Source of the DNA: a virus
Lineage: Duplodnaviria; Caudoviricetes
DNA length: 38,517 nt
Virus record (IMG/VR): IMGVR_UViG_3300048599_000148
Location: 1-38,517 of that record
Direction: 5' to 3' (one strand)
Position 1 is the first letter of the stretch. Each line of letters begins with the position of its first letter. The translations under genes were made by a program, and so were the position numbers. The notes beneath the pieces are model-generated. The model was given only the letters and a program-made list of their open reading frames with translations, was not told where the DNA came from and did no database searches. Shown here in pieces: positions 9,561-19,004 of the stretch.

Positions 9561-12046
9561 AGCTTCAATTCCTTGACGAAGCCCAGCACCTCAAACGGCA
9601 GCGGAACATCATTCTTGATCGTGATCTGTCCACGGTCATTCCAAGCGCCAGTGGGCAAAACGCCATAATAGCCGGCGCGGCCAACAGGCGGCGCGTCCGT
9701 CGCTTCATCCCAGCGCCGCAGCTGCACGAGATCCCAATTCGCGCCCGACTGAATACGCGCGCCGGCGCTTTGCGTCTCCGCGACAATCCAGGCGCGAGCC
9801 ACTTTCTTGGCGGAGGCCACTGACGACCACCCCGAAGCGGCTTCCTGCGTCACCGGAAGATCCGTCAAATACGCCGCGACCGGCAAGCCGACAAAGCCGC
9901 GCGCCGCCGGCGCTTTCAGCGTCACTTGACCACCGCTCACCACCAGATCCGTTTGCGGGTTGGCATCACCCAGGACGGACACCGCTTGACCTTCCAGCCG
10001 CCCAAGGCCGGACAGCGTGGTGGCCATTTTTGCCCATCGCACCATCCACGGCCCCGCGAAGCCAACAGCCGCGCCATTGAGGACGCCAGGCCCGCCATCC
10101 TGCACTAAAACGCCCGTGGCGGCCGTCCCGCTTTCGATCGTGTCGATTTTCACCATCGCCATGCGCGCGGCAGCGCCAGGCGCCAGACCCACGTCCGGAT
10201 CCGCTGCGCGGAGTGCAATCGTCACACCCACATCGCCGCCGCTAAACGCGGACGTTTCCGTTTCCACGCGCGCGCGCCGATCGGCGTTGATCATGGTCAG
10301 GCGCGCGCGCGCCGCTCCATTCGTGTTCCATAAATCGAAATAGCCCGCGGAATCGACGCAGCAGGCTTTTTCCAAGGGCAGCGCCAGCTTGTCCCAGGCC
10401 GGCGGCATCAGCTCGATCGTGTACCGCCACGCGCCGGCGATCGCGCGCCGGATCACCGCCCAGACCTCATCCATTCCATCAGGCTTTGGAAACGCCGCCA
10501 TGGACATGATTTGAGCGCCGCCGGCCATCGGGTGGCGCATGAACGCCACCACGCGTTCCGGCGCGTCATGCGTCACTGAGGCCAGCTCGCCGCTTCCAAG
10601 GCGCAGCCATAACACGGGAATCGGCGACGCCACGAACGCAAGGCCCTTGATCTGTTTTCGCGCGATATGATCGGCCGCCACCGCGAGCTTTTGCGCGCCG
10701 GCCTCCTCACTCATCGCGCGCAGATCGCGGCCGCCGCGCGCCACATAATAAATCGCATCGCCGGAATCGACGGGCGCCACATTGGCTTCCGCGCCGGGAA
10801 AAGGCAGTTTCCGCGCCGCGATAGACGCCGGCGTGATCGGCTCATCCACGCTAGCCCCGTTGACATAATGCACGCCGGCGCTGGTGAACATGAAAAGCCG
10901 GCGCGCGGATAAGGCGTGCAAAATGGGCTCGGCGCGCCCGCCCTCAAGCGTTCGCGAAACTGCATCTGAATCGATCACCTCGCCCGTGCCGAGGCCTGGC
11001 TTAAATTCCGCATAGGTCGGGCCAAATCGGTTTGTCTGGCCGAAATGCAGCGTGTCCGGCGTCTGCAATGTGCCGCCCAGTAAGAAACGCTCCTGGTGAA
11101 TCGTGCCGGCGGCGGGATAGCCATATTTTGCGCAGAAGCCGCCAAACTGCCAGAAGGGCGAAGCATTCGTGGACGGCAAGGTGGATTGGACATCCGCCAC
11201 CGCTTGCGAGGATGAATTGATGCCCGTGATCTTAGCGACGCCAGCGCCGTGGTGCAGATAGCGCCAGGTCACCGCACCATCCGAGACATCGCCGGAATCG
11301 TGAATCGGCGAATTGTTGCCCGTGGTCCCCGTGGTCAGCGATTGATAGACATAGCCGGCGGACTCGCACAAATCCCCGCTAGTCACCGCCTTGTTGGTTT
11401 CCCAGCGTTTGTTCGGACTGGCGCCGGCGGTCTGCCGGATCCGCACCAGGGCGCCAATCAATCCCGAATCCAAAATCCCGCTGTTAAAATTCAGCAGAAT
11501 GCCGGAACCCGTTGTGGCGTTTGGCGTCACCGTGACGCCGCCTCCCCAATCCGGAAGCCAAGGCCCTTCTCGCGCATCGAGCGCGGAGATTGCCCAGCTT
11601 GTCAGGGAATTGCGGCGCAGACATTGCATCGCCGCCGTGCGCCGCGTGTCGCCAATGTAAACAACGTCTTTGGATTGAAACGCGAACAGATAATCCAGAT
11701 CTGAATCAGACCAAGGCACGGAGATTTCAACCGGCGTTCCAGCGTTGCGGATATAGTCGCGCGACGCCACCGAAATGAAGCGCATGACAGTCCGCTGGAT
11801 CAGCAGCACGATCGCATCATCCACCGCCTTGATGAACGGCAACACCAGCGCGGGCGCATTGGTCACCGGCGGATCCACCGCAAAGATCCAGCCGGAGCGC
11901 TGTTCCGCGCCGCCCGTTGGATGCACCACCATGTTTTCACCGCGCGCCAGGCCTGCGCCAAATCGATCGACGTCCGAACGATTGACGACGCGCGGCGACA
12001 ACTCGCCAGAGGTGAAATTTGATTGTGAAACGCGCGGTTCTGGCAA
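9557..12046 (-). CDS. Tail tubular protein B / nozzle (T7 gp12-like)
   Basis: 829 aa; N-terminal QSNFTSGELSP...R.D, internal GYP..HQERF, C-terminal PLPFEV. Confidence 0.85.
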   Translation of the reverse strand: MPEPRVSQSNFTSGELSPRVVNRSDVDRFGAGLARGENMVVHPTGGAEQRSGWIFAVDPPVTNAPALVLPFIKAVDDAIVLLIQRTVMRFISVASRDYIRNAGTPVEISVPWSDSDLDYLFAFQSKDVVYIGDTRRTAAMQCLRRNSLTSWAISALDAREGPWLPDWGGGVTVTPNATTGSGILLNFNSGILDSGLIGALVRIRQTAGASPNKRWETNKAVTSGDLCESAGYVYQSLTTGTTGNNSPIHDSGDVSDGAVTWRYLHHGAGVAKITGINSSSQAVADVQSTLPSTNASPFWQFGGFCAKYGYPAAGTIHQERFLLGGTLQTPDTLHFGQTNRFGPTYAEFKPGLGTGEVIDSDAVSRTLEGGRAEPILHALSARRLFMFTSAGVHYVNGASVDEPITPASIAARKLPFPGAEANVAPVDSGDAIYYVARGGRDLRAMSEEAGAQKLAVAADHIARKQIKGLAFVASPIPVLWLRLGSGELASVTHDAPERVVAFMRHPMAGGAQIMSMAAFPKPDGMDEVWAVIRRAIAGAWRYTIELMPPAWDKLALPLEKACCVDSAGYFDLWNTNGAARARLTMINADRRARVETETSAFSGGDVGVTIALRAADPDVGLAPGAAARMAMVKIDTIESGTAATGVLVQDGGPGVLNGAAVGFAGPWMVRWAKMATTLSGLGRLEGQAVSVLGDANPQTDLVVSGGQVTLKAPAARGFVGLPVAAYLTDLPVTQEAASGWSSVASAKKVARAWIVAETQSAGARIQSGANWDLVQLRRWDEATDAPPVGRAGYYGVLPTGAWNDRGQITIKNDVPLPFEVLGFVKELKL

Positions 12047-12049
12047 TGC

Positions 12050-12643
12050 CTACTCCATCCAACCAGGCCCACGCTGCGAAGCCAGCAGCCAGTTAGAGCT
12101 TAAAAGCGGCTCTTCCCGCCGGTTCATGGCGTCAGATCCGGCCGCTTCCAGCTCAGCATTCAGCGCCAGCTTGTTGTAGGTTTCCAAATCGGACGTGCGG
12201 TCCCGCTGTTTCGGAACGATCCGCGCAGCGAGGCGGTGCGATATGGCGTTGATCAGCAGCGGATCCAATTGCGCCGGCTCGATGTTCGCCGCAAACTCAA
12301 GCAGGAGGACAGCAGGACCAGCCCAGGCGATTTTCCGCCGCGCCAGCACCGTGTAATTATCGGCGCCCACTTCCCAGCACTTGAGCCAGGCCGCCGGCAA
12401 CGTGCCGACATAGGAAAAATTCGGCGGCACCACCGCATCAGGCTCCGGCTGGACCTTTCCCCACTCGGTTGCGGAGGTCCATTTCTGTTTTTGCAGAATC
12501 TCACGGCGCACCTGATCAACGACCGCGACCGCTTCGCGCTCAAGTTCGGAATTAGGCTCCGCCGTGTTGGCCATTCGGCTTTGGCCCAAGATCCCCAGCG
12601 CGGCGTTGATCAGAATGCTGTTGTCCATGGATCTGCTTTGCAT
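12050..12643 (-). CDS. Tail tubular protein A / adaptor (T7 gp11-like); the start may be the ATG at 12628
   Basis: LINAALGILG...W..A...LP...DPLLINAISHRLAARI pattern; synteny. Confidence 0.8.
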   Translation of the reverse strand: MQSRSMDNSILINAALGILGQSRMANTAEPNSELEREAVAVVDQVRREILQKQKWTSATEWGKVQPEPDAVVPPNFSYVGTLPAAWLKCWEVGADNYTVLARRKIAWAGPAVLLLEFAANIEPAQLDPLLINAISHRLAARIVPKQRDRTSDLETYNKLALNAELEAAGSDAMNRREEPLLSSNWLLASQRGPGWME

Positions 12644-12697
12644 AAGCCCATAGGGGCGACCGCGCGCCAGATAGCCGGCGCGCGGCCCGTCACATCA

Positions 12698-13171
12698 TCA
12701 ATCGTTCGAATAAACCAGCAGCCACGTCATCCAAGCCGTGGCGGTGCTGACATCCGCGCCGGCCAGCTTCGCAAACAGATCAATCATCGTGTCCGGATCC
12801 TTGGCATAGCCCAGATGTTCCCAGAGACGTTTCGAATAAGTCTGCGCCGTCATCGCTTCCAGAATGCCGGAGTTGCCGGCGGAAGCGACGGCGATGAGCG
12901 TGGCCAGGCCATCATCATCATTCGCATCACCGATGTTAAGGGTGCAGCTTGTCCCGAACGCTCCGAAATAGATGATGGATTGCGGGCTCAGGATCGCCGC
13001 TGATGGAACCTTGCCCAGAAACATCCTGGACGCCACCGTATCGCCGTTAGCGAACGCGCCACCATCAAGAATCTGGCGCTGACGCCCACCTTGAAAACCA
13101 GCCGGAGACAGCACAGGCGGGAACGCCTCCTGCAGTCCGCGCTTGGCGCCGTATTTATCAACCACTGCCAT
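12698..13171 (-). CDS. Capsid cement/decoration protein (Bbp16-like)
   Basis: 157 aa, beta-rich (ANGDT...LGKVP...TLNIGD..DDDGL); immediately after the capsid gene. Confidence 0.65.
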   Translation of the reverse strand: MAVVDKYGAKRGLQEAFPPVLSPAGFQGGRQRQILDGGAFANGDTVASRMFLGKVPSAAILSPQSIIYFGAFGTSCTLNIGDANDDDGLATLIAVASAGNSGILEAMTAQTYSKRLWEHLGYAKDPDTMIDLFAKLAGADVSTATAWMTWLLVYSND

Positions 13172-13218
13172 GGGAAAACCCTTCTAAAAATTTGAAACAG
13201 GCACGCAAAAGCGAAGGC

Positions 13219-14097
13219 TTATTGGTTAGTCACCTCCACCACGCCTTCATCTAAGTGACGGTGCGCCCCCTGATCAAAGGACGCGTAGGCATACCAGGCG
13301 CCCTTCTTGTCCCAGCGCTGGCCGATCCAGACTTTTTCGCCCTCGATGATCGGCCGCGAGCGATACCAGATGGCCGGCTTGACCCACGCCATATTGCGGC
13401 GATAGCCGCTGGCGTCTTTGGGCACGCGCTTGTCCGCGAACCATTTGAAGGTGAAGCCCAGGAAGGTGTTGATTTCACCATTCACCAGCGCCTTGACCGT
13501 GTTGTAATCGGAGCTGGTCGCTTCCGTGGTCGCCAGCAGATTGTCTTTATCCGACGCACCACCCGCCCAGAATCGCTCCCCTTCGACTTCGCCATTGTCC
13601 AGCAGCTTTGACGCAGCGCGCAGCTTTGCGATGGTCAACCCTGTGCCGCCATGCGCGATCTTTTGGCCTGCCGGAAACGCCACAGAATTTTCCAGCGTTT
13701 GGCCTTCCCGCGCCGCGCCAAGACCGGCCGCCCAAATGAATTGATCGCGGCCGCGCCGGATGCCGAATTGCATGGCTTCCACGGTGCCGTTGGCGGGATC
13801 GACGAGCTGGCGCGCTTTATCGACATTATCGATAAAGTTCCCGTCTTCGTAGGCGTAGAAATAGCCGCCGCGCCGCGCCCGATCGAGCGCCTTAGTGGGC
13901 GAATCGCCATAGCGGTTTGTGATCAGCGCGGGATCCGAGGTCCCCAGAATTTCGTCCGTGTAGTAACCGCCTGGATCCGTGAAGCTCATATCGCTATCCA
14001 CACAATCCACCAGCTTGGCCATTTTCTGTTGCGGCGGGTGCGACAGGTTGCGCGCGAAGGCAACAACGTGATGTTTCTCAATCGTATTGTCTGACAT
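13219..14097 (-). CDS. Major capsid protein
   Basis: 292 aa; QQKMAKL, TSSDYNTVKALVNGEINTFLGFTF and GA.R..EGVVEV motifs typical of BPP-1-like podophage capsids. Confidence 0.9.
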   Translation of the reverse strand: MSDNTIEKHHVVAFARNLSHPPQQKMAKLVDCVDSDMSFTDPGGYYTDEILGTSDPALITNRYGDSPTKALDRARRGGYFYAYEDGNFIDNVDKARQLVDPANGTVEAMQFGIRRGRDQFIWAAGLGAAREGQTLENSVAFPAGQKIAHGGTGLTIAKLRAASKLLDNGEVEGERFWAGGASDKDNLLATTEATSSDYNTVKALVNGEINTFLGFTFKWFADKRVPKDASGYRRNMAWVKPAIWYRSRPIIEGEKVWIGQRWDKKGAWYAYASFDQGAHRHLDEGVVEVTNQ

Positions 14098-14246
14098 GTT
14101 CGATCCGTCGAAAAAATTGATAAGGTTTCGACGGGACTCCCCGGTTTCCCTGTGCGGGCCGGACCCCCTCTCAGCCGAAGCGCGGCTGTAACGCGCCGGA
14201 TGCGGCGGACCTGGCGTCGCCAGACTCCCCGCCGCTCACACGAGCC
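14098..14246 (-). ncRNA. Structured 5' UTR of the capsid gene (candidate cis-regulatory RNA)
   Basis: Several stems can be read by eye, with two copies of a CGG-GGAGU-C / G-GU-CCG internal loop and a hairpin CCGUCGAAA...UUUCGACGG ending 7 nt before the AUG. Confidence 0.5.
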
Positions 14247-14251
14247 CGCGA

Positions 14252-14294
14252 AGGATAGGAGGGGCAAAAATGCGGGGGGAAACTTGCCCCCCGC
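14252..14294 (-). promoter_or_regulatory. Putative late promoter 2 (capsid)
   Basis: GCGGGGGGAAACTTGCCCCCCGC at 14272..14294, then 14 nt, then TATCCT (14257..14252). Confidence 0.75.
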
Positions 14295-14299
14295 AGCGA

Positions 14300-15226
14300 T
14301 CAGCCAGGATTTGCAGCCTTGATCAGCTCAGTGCGGCGCGCCACCAGCGCCTTGTGGTCAGGGTGCGAGCGATCGCCCAGCGCCTTCGCGTTGTCGCGCT
14401 CAAAGTCCCGCAGATTGGATTCAGCCATGGCCGGCGTCATCTTTCCGCCCGATGCGCCGCCGGCGCCGCCAGGAAGATCCGATGGATCCGCCAGCTTCGC
14501 CGCGATCGCGTCCACCATCTTGATCAACGCCTTGTTGTTTCCAAGGCCCGATGTTTCGAGATACTGGCCCAGCTCATCGCCGCCATATTCGCGAATCAGC
14601 GCATTAGCCGCCGCCAGGCGCGCATCACCCTCCGCGCCCCATTCTTTTTTCAGATCCACCAGAAGATTGTCGCGCGTTTGCACGATCGACGCCTGTTCGG
14701 CCGCAACGCCGTCGCCATACCACTTCAGGATTTCCTGCACCTGGCCGGGCAGAAGGTGCGCAGCGTGCGCCATGTTCGCGAAGCTCTTCAGATTGTCGCC
14801 GGCAATGCCGCGATCCGCATCCTCTTTGATGCCGTATCCCTCGACAGTATCCGGCAAACCGAGCGCCTTAAAAACCGGCTCCATGGCCTTAGGATCCGAG
14901 CGATCGGCCGGGATGCGCAACACCGTGTTTTTGTCGGCGCCCACCAGCGTTTCCAGATTGCGCGCGGACTTAACGACATCGCCCCAGTTTTTAAATCCGT
15001 TCTTTTCCAGAAAAACCGCGCCGTCTTTGTCGAAGTCCTTCCCATACCAGGGGTCACCTGCGCCGCCGCCATCGCCCGCCGGCGGCGTTCCACCCGCTGG
15101 CGGCGTTCCGCCATCCCCGGCCGGGGGCGTTCCACCTGCAGGCGGCGTTCCGCCACCGCCGGCCGGCGGCGTCCCGTCACTCATCAGCATGGGCGCCAGC
15201 AAGCGCCCAAGAGGCATTTCAAACAT
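14300..15226 (-). CDS. Capsid scaffolding protein
   Basis: Low-complexity N-terminus; motifs VKSARNLETLVG, LKKEWG and L.D.SHPDH; lies upstream of the capsid gene. I chose the ATG at 15226 because it overlaps the upstream stop. Confidence 0.75.
   Translation of the reverse strand: MFEMPLGRLLAPMLMSDGTPPAGGGGTPPAGGTPPAGDGGTPPAGGTPPAGDGGGAGDPWYGKDFDKDGAVFLEKNGFKNWGDVVKSARNLETLVGADKNTVLRIPADRSDPKAMEPVFKALGLPDTVEGYGIKEDADRGIAGDNLKSFANMAHAAHLLPGQVQEILKWYGDGVAAEQASIVQTRDNLLVDLKKEWGAEGDARLAAANALIREYGGDELGQYLETSGLGNNKALIKMVDAIAAKLADPSDLPGGAGGASGGKMTPAMAESNLRDFERDNAKALGDRSHPDHKALVARRTELIKAANPG
15063..15178 (-). repeat. Coding tandem repeat, five GTPPAG units, in the scaffold N-terminus
   Basis: Protein reads DGTPPAGGGGTPPAGGTPPAGDGGTPPAGGTPPAGDGGG; the DNA has repeated ggcgttcc units. 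Confidence 0.85.
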
Positions 15227-15551
15227 CCAGGCCTGAATCCGCATTATCAAAAGCTCCACTTAGATCATCGTTCAGAATCGCCATCGCCAGCGTCTTTTGT
15301 CCGACGCCGGACCATTCCAGAATCTGCAGGGCGGCCCAGCGTGCGCCGGCGTCAAATGCGTCTTTGTATGGATCGACAGGCGGCGCGGCCGTCACCACGC
15401 CAAGGCTCATCGCAATATCCGCCAGAACCTCTTGGCCGGCCGGCGTCGAAAACAAATCACGATAGGCTTGGCGCCGCCGCACCTCTGGATCATCCAGGCC
15501 ACGCCAAAGATGAAACAGCGTCTGGCCTATCCGCCGGATGCGTCCGATCAT
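15219..15551 (-). CDS. Bbp19-like head assembly protein
   Basis: AYRDLFSTPAGQEVLADI...AFDAGAR motif; lies between portal and scaffold genes. Confidence 0.75.
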   Translation of the reverse strand: MIGRIRRIGQTLFHLWRGLDDPEVRRRQAYRDLFSTPAGQEVLADIAMSLGVVTAAPPVDPYKDAFDAGARWAALQILEWSGVGQKTLAMAILNDDLSGAFDNADSGLDV

Positions 15552-17224
15552 GCCGCCCGCCGGCGCAAGGGCACTTCCGCGGCGCCCGCTTGGTTTTCTG
15601 CCTGCGCGAGAGACGCGATCGCCTGCGCGCCCTGCTGCGCGGCCGCGCCAGCCATTTGCGCCACCTGCGCGTCATGCTGATCCTGCTGCTGCTGCGCCAT
15701 CTGCTGGCGCTGCGCCTCGATCTCTTCAAACGGCCGCAGCTCTTTCTCGGATAGCCCGAGATAACGCGCCGCCTTGCGCAGCGCTTCGTCCGCACGGATC
15801 ACCTGGACGGCCGTTGGATCGAGCTGCGCCGCCTGAGTCGCGAGCATGAAAGTCTTCTGGATCGCGTCCACATGCTGGCCACGCTGCGCGAGCGCCAGCG
15901 GCGAACGATAATGAAAGCCGATTTCCTCTTCAGCCAGGCTTTGCGGCGGCGTTGGGAACATGCCGGCATCCAGCATTCCGAAAAAGAAATCTTCCACCAG
16001 CGGATTGAGCCATTCCTGTTCCATCCGCGCGGAAACCGGCGCCAACATACGCAGGCGCATATCCCGGCGATCGACGATTTCCGTGGCCGTTTTTTGCGGC
16101 CCTTCGTTCATGTCCAGCCAGTCGATATAAAACATGGCTTCGACCTGGCTCCGCTGCGCGCGCAGCAGCTCGACGCCCAGGCGCACATCGCCGCCCAGAT
16201 CGAGCTTGCCCACCATCTGATTGACGTCGCGCCCGAACAGCGATGGCCCGTTCAGTGGATTGAACGCGCCCGGCCGGCGATCGAGCTTCCCGCCAAAAAT
16301 CGCGGTGTTGCCAAACAGGATCGGATCCACCGCGAGTTCAGCGCCCCGGAGAATGGATTCGGCGATCGCGTTGCAGCTAAACACGGCCGGATAGGCGTCC
16401 CAGCTTGGCCCTGTTCCGTACACCTCGCCCGAGCGCCGATCGAAACGCGAAAACTGGATGGGCATCCGGTCAAAGCCCTCATCTTCCAGCAGCTCTTTCT
16501 GATCCAGCCAGATCACCGTGGACGTGTACGGCTTGCGCTTTCTGATCGCGCCCACCTCGCCGCCGGCGCGCGGCTCGATCGCATGCAGGAAGCTCAATTT
16601 TTTGCGCGGATCTTTCTCCGCCGCTTCCATCAGCTTTGCGCTTTGCCAGTTTTTGTTTTTGGCGTCTTCTTTGGCCTGGCGCGCGGACAGCTCAAATGGC
16701 CTGTAAACCGTGTCTGTTTTGCCTTCGGAATTTTCGTCGACATAACACGACATGAGCGCGAGCGATTGCAGGCGCGGCGGCTGGCCCTTGCGACGCGGCT
16801 TGTAGAGCGCATTCGATCCGAAGGCGCACAGATCCAGCGAGGCCTCGAAAAGGTTTGTGGCGATCGGCGAGGTTGGCCCGCTGAAATATGCGTGCATGAT
16901 CCATTCGCAGCGCTCAAACCATAGCGCCTCTTCAGACGAGGGATCCCGCGAAAGCAGATGCGGTTGCGTCCACGGCTCCGCCGGCGAAAGCTGATAACCG
17001 TACAGAAACGCCGCCAGGCGCTTCACCGCCAGCGTGCCGATCGGATCCCTAAGATTGCGGGTGCGCAGCTCGCCCGGCAATCGCTGCAGCGTGAACGTGC
17101 GGCTAGGCAGCATCAGTTCACTGATCTTTTGCCAGCTGCTATCGAAATTGGAGCGCTTAGATTTCAGCTCCTCAAAACGATCCAGGCAATGCTTGACGCG
17201 TGGGTGCAGTTTATCGTCAGCCAT
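15548..17224 (-). CDS. Portal protein (head-to-tail connector)
   Basis: 558 aa; DLCAFG, R...GEVYGTGP, TATEI..R and Y.SPLALAQR motifs of T7/BPP-1-type portals. Confidence 0.92.
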   Translation of the reverse strand: MADDKLHPRVKHCLDRFEELKSKRSNFDSSWQKISELMLPSRTFTLQRLPGELRTRNLRDPIGTLAVKRLAAFLYGYQLSPAEPWTQPHLLSRDPSSEEALWFERCEWIMHAYFSGPTSPIATNLFEASLDLCAFGSNALYKPRRKGQPPRLQSLALMSCYVDENSEGKTDTVYRPFELSARQAKEDAKNKNWQSAKLMEAAEKDPRKKLSFLHAIEPRAGGEVGAIRKRKPYTSTVIWLDQKELLEDEGFDRMPIQFSRFDRRSGEVYGTGPSWDAYPAVFSCNAIAESILRGAELAVDPILFGNTAIFGGKLDRRPGAFNPLNGPSLFGRDVNQMVGKLDLGGDVRLGVELLRAQRSQVEAMFYIDWLDMNEGPQKTATEIVDRRDMRLRMLAPVSARMEQEWLNPLVEDFFFGMLDAGMFPTPPQSLAEEEIGFHYRSPLALAQRGQHVDAIQKTFMLATQAAQLDPTAVQVIRADEALRKAARYLGLSEKELRPFEEIEAQRQQMAQQQQDQHDAQVAQMAGAAAQQGAQAIASLAQAENQAGAAEVPLRRRAA

Positions 17225-17227
17225 GCG

Positions 17228-17458
17228 CTACCCTCCAAGAACCGTTTTCACCGGCTTGGCGGCGCTCGCAGGCACGCCAGGCGCGCTTGCGCGATCCATT
17301 GTTAGGACCGTGGATCCTCGCCCCACGTTCTGGAACGATTTCTGGACGCGCTCCGCCGCCATCCGCGCCGCCTCATCCGTCGCGCTTGGCGGCGTCGTCA
17401 CATTGACGTTTTGCGCCGGCGGCGCCGGCTGCTGTTTGGTTTTAACCTTGAAGCTCAT
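17228..17458 (-). CDS. Small virion-associated protein upstream of portal (76 aa)
   Basis: MSFKVKTKQQPAPP...GRGSTVLT...KTVLGG is typical of small pre-portal genes; ATG at 17458 is 6 nt after a -10 box. Confidence 0.7.
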   Translation of the reverse strand: MSFKVKTKQQPAPPAQNVNVTTPPSATDEAARMAAERVQKSFQNVGRGSTVLTMDRASAPGVPASAAKPVKTVLGG

Positions 17459-17462
17459 GGCG

Positions 17463-19004
17463 TCAGAATATTTGCTGGACTTGGGCGGGGGGATTATTGC
17501 CCCCCGCAGCAATCAGCGCGACGCGACTGGCGCCCGCGTCGCCCATCAAATGATCCTGGCGCTCGATCGTGTCGATCACATAGCGGTTGGCGTCGTGCAC
17601 GTTGGCTTCAATTGCTTTTTTGTCCACCTCACCAGACGCCACGCCGGACTGGCCAGGGACAGGCTTGAGGCGATATGCGCCGTTGAACCCCTTCAGCAGA
17701 ACCTTGCAGCGCGGATCCACCTGATAGGCCGGAAAGCCCTTCGGCATGTACGTCAGAACCTGGCGCATGGTTTCCAGCCCGCCGTTTTCTCCCGTCATCT
17801 TGTTGGAGATCGCCGGCATGCAGGGCCATGGAAACGCCCCGGCGAATTCCTCGATCCAGGACAACGCCTGTTCCGTGGACATGCGCGCTTTGGCCGCCGG
17901 ATCCAGCACCGCCAGGACGTTCATTCCCGGCCCGAACACTTGCACGATGAGATCCGCCAGATCTTCCGCGAACTTGCCGGCGGTTGTGATTTCATCCGCC
18001 GGCGTGGTCAGCTCCGCCAGCGTGCGCCAGACTCTTTTGGCCAGGCGCTGATTGATCGCGGCCGCCGCCTTGTGGCCCTGGTCGACGCCAATCAGCAGCG
18101 GCAGCGTGCGCACTGGCTTGATCGTTTCTTTGGCCGTGTGCAGCAACGGATTCCAGTCGCTGTAAACGACGAAGCCAGGCCGATCAGGGACAAAGCGATT
18201 TTCAATTAGGCGCGCGATTTCCCACGGCTTCAGCAATTGGCATTGCTGCGTGTAGTAACCGCGCCCCACATTGTGGATGTTTTCAGCCTGATCGCTCAGC
18301 GCGGACGGCTGCACATAGACTTCGCGTCCCGCCGGCTTCTCGTCAAAACATTCCGCATACAGCCAATGGTCCGGATCGAAGGCGTTGCAATCGCCCCAGA
18401 CCTGACGCGGCAGCAGATCCTGTTCCTCGCCCGTGGGCATTTTTGGCCAGCGCCCAAGACGGCCGGCGAATTTGCTGATCGTATCCTTCGGCAGCGTGTC
18501 CACTTCGTAGATATAGCAGCCGGTCAATTCCAGGCCGTGCGTGATGTCATCCAGCGAGCGATCAGCCACGCCGATGAAATCCACCTGGATCTGCAGGATG
18601 ATTTCAACGCCATGCGCATCGATTCCGGCGCGCATCTGAAACTTATGCTCCGCCGGCTCGCCTTCGCCGCCCGTCCACTTCCCCCAATCCTTCGGAAAGA
18701 CTTTCCAGTAACTGGGAAGAAGGTTCTTCCACAAAATGCGATGCGTGGACGCCACGACCGCGACGCGACACGACTTGACGCGGCGTAATTTTCCGTTCAC
18801 GTTTTCCAGCGCGCCCGGCAAGCGCTGCGCGAGGCCCACGATCTTCTTCACGGAAGTGGTGGTTTTCCCCGAACCCACCGGCCCGACGATTAGCGGATTG
18901 AATGACGTATCCGCTTCAAACGCGGCCGCCACCGGCCCCGGCGGTGTCCAGTACACGGACAAAGCCGCGCCCGCCGGAATGATCTGCTGGCCAGCCTGGA
19001 TCAC
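17463..19004 (-). CDS. terL: Terminase large subunit
   Basis: Walker A GPVGSGKTT, GLELTG..IYE Walker B region, nuclease IGVDQG and C-terminal NVHDANRY. Confidence 0.9.
   Translation of the reverse strand: MIQAGQQIIPAGAALSVYWTPPGPVAAAFEADTSFNPLIVGPVGSGKTTTSVKKIVGLAQRLPGALENVNGKLRRVKSCRVAVVASTHRILWKNLLPSYWKVFPKDWGKWTGGEGEPAEHKFQMRAGIDAHGVEIILQIQVDFIGVADRSLDDITHGLELTGCYIYEVDTLPKDTISKFAGRLGRWPKMPTGEEQDLLPRQVWGDCNAFDPDHWLYAECFDEKPAGREVYVQPSALSDQAENIHNVGRGYYTQQCQLLKPWEIARLIENRFVPDRPGFVVYSDWNPLLHTAKETIKPVRTLPLLIGVDQGHKAAAAINQRLAKRVWRTLAELTTPADEITTAGKFAEDLADLIVQVFGPGMNVLAVLDPAAKARMSTEQALSWIEEFAGAFPWPCMPAISNKMTGENGGLETMRQVLTYMPKGFPAYQVDPRCKVLLKGFNGAYRLKPVPGQSGVASGEVDKKAIEANVHDANRYVIDTIERQDHLMGDAGASRVALIAAGGNNPPAQVQQIF
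17465..17507 (-). promoter_or_regulatory. Putative late promoter 3, embedded in the terL 3' end
   Basis: GCGGGGGGATTATTGCCCCCCGC at 17485..17507, then 14 nt, then TATTCT (17470..17465). Confidence 0.75.

Noticed and set aside
15063-15178. Short repeats as a CRISPR-like or regulatory array
   Set aside because: They are in-frame GTPPAG peptide repeats with no unique spacers.
156-18788. Long plus-strand ORFs opposite the structural genes (e.g. 156..1466, 2343..3764, 7042..8442, 14270..15754, 17034..18209)
   Set aside because: Arg/His/Gln-rich shadow translations expected antisense to GC-rich genes; no motifs or RBS.
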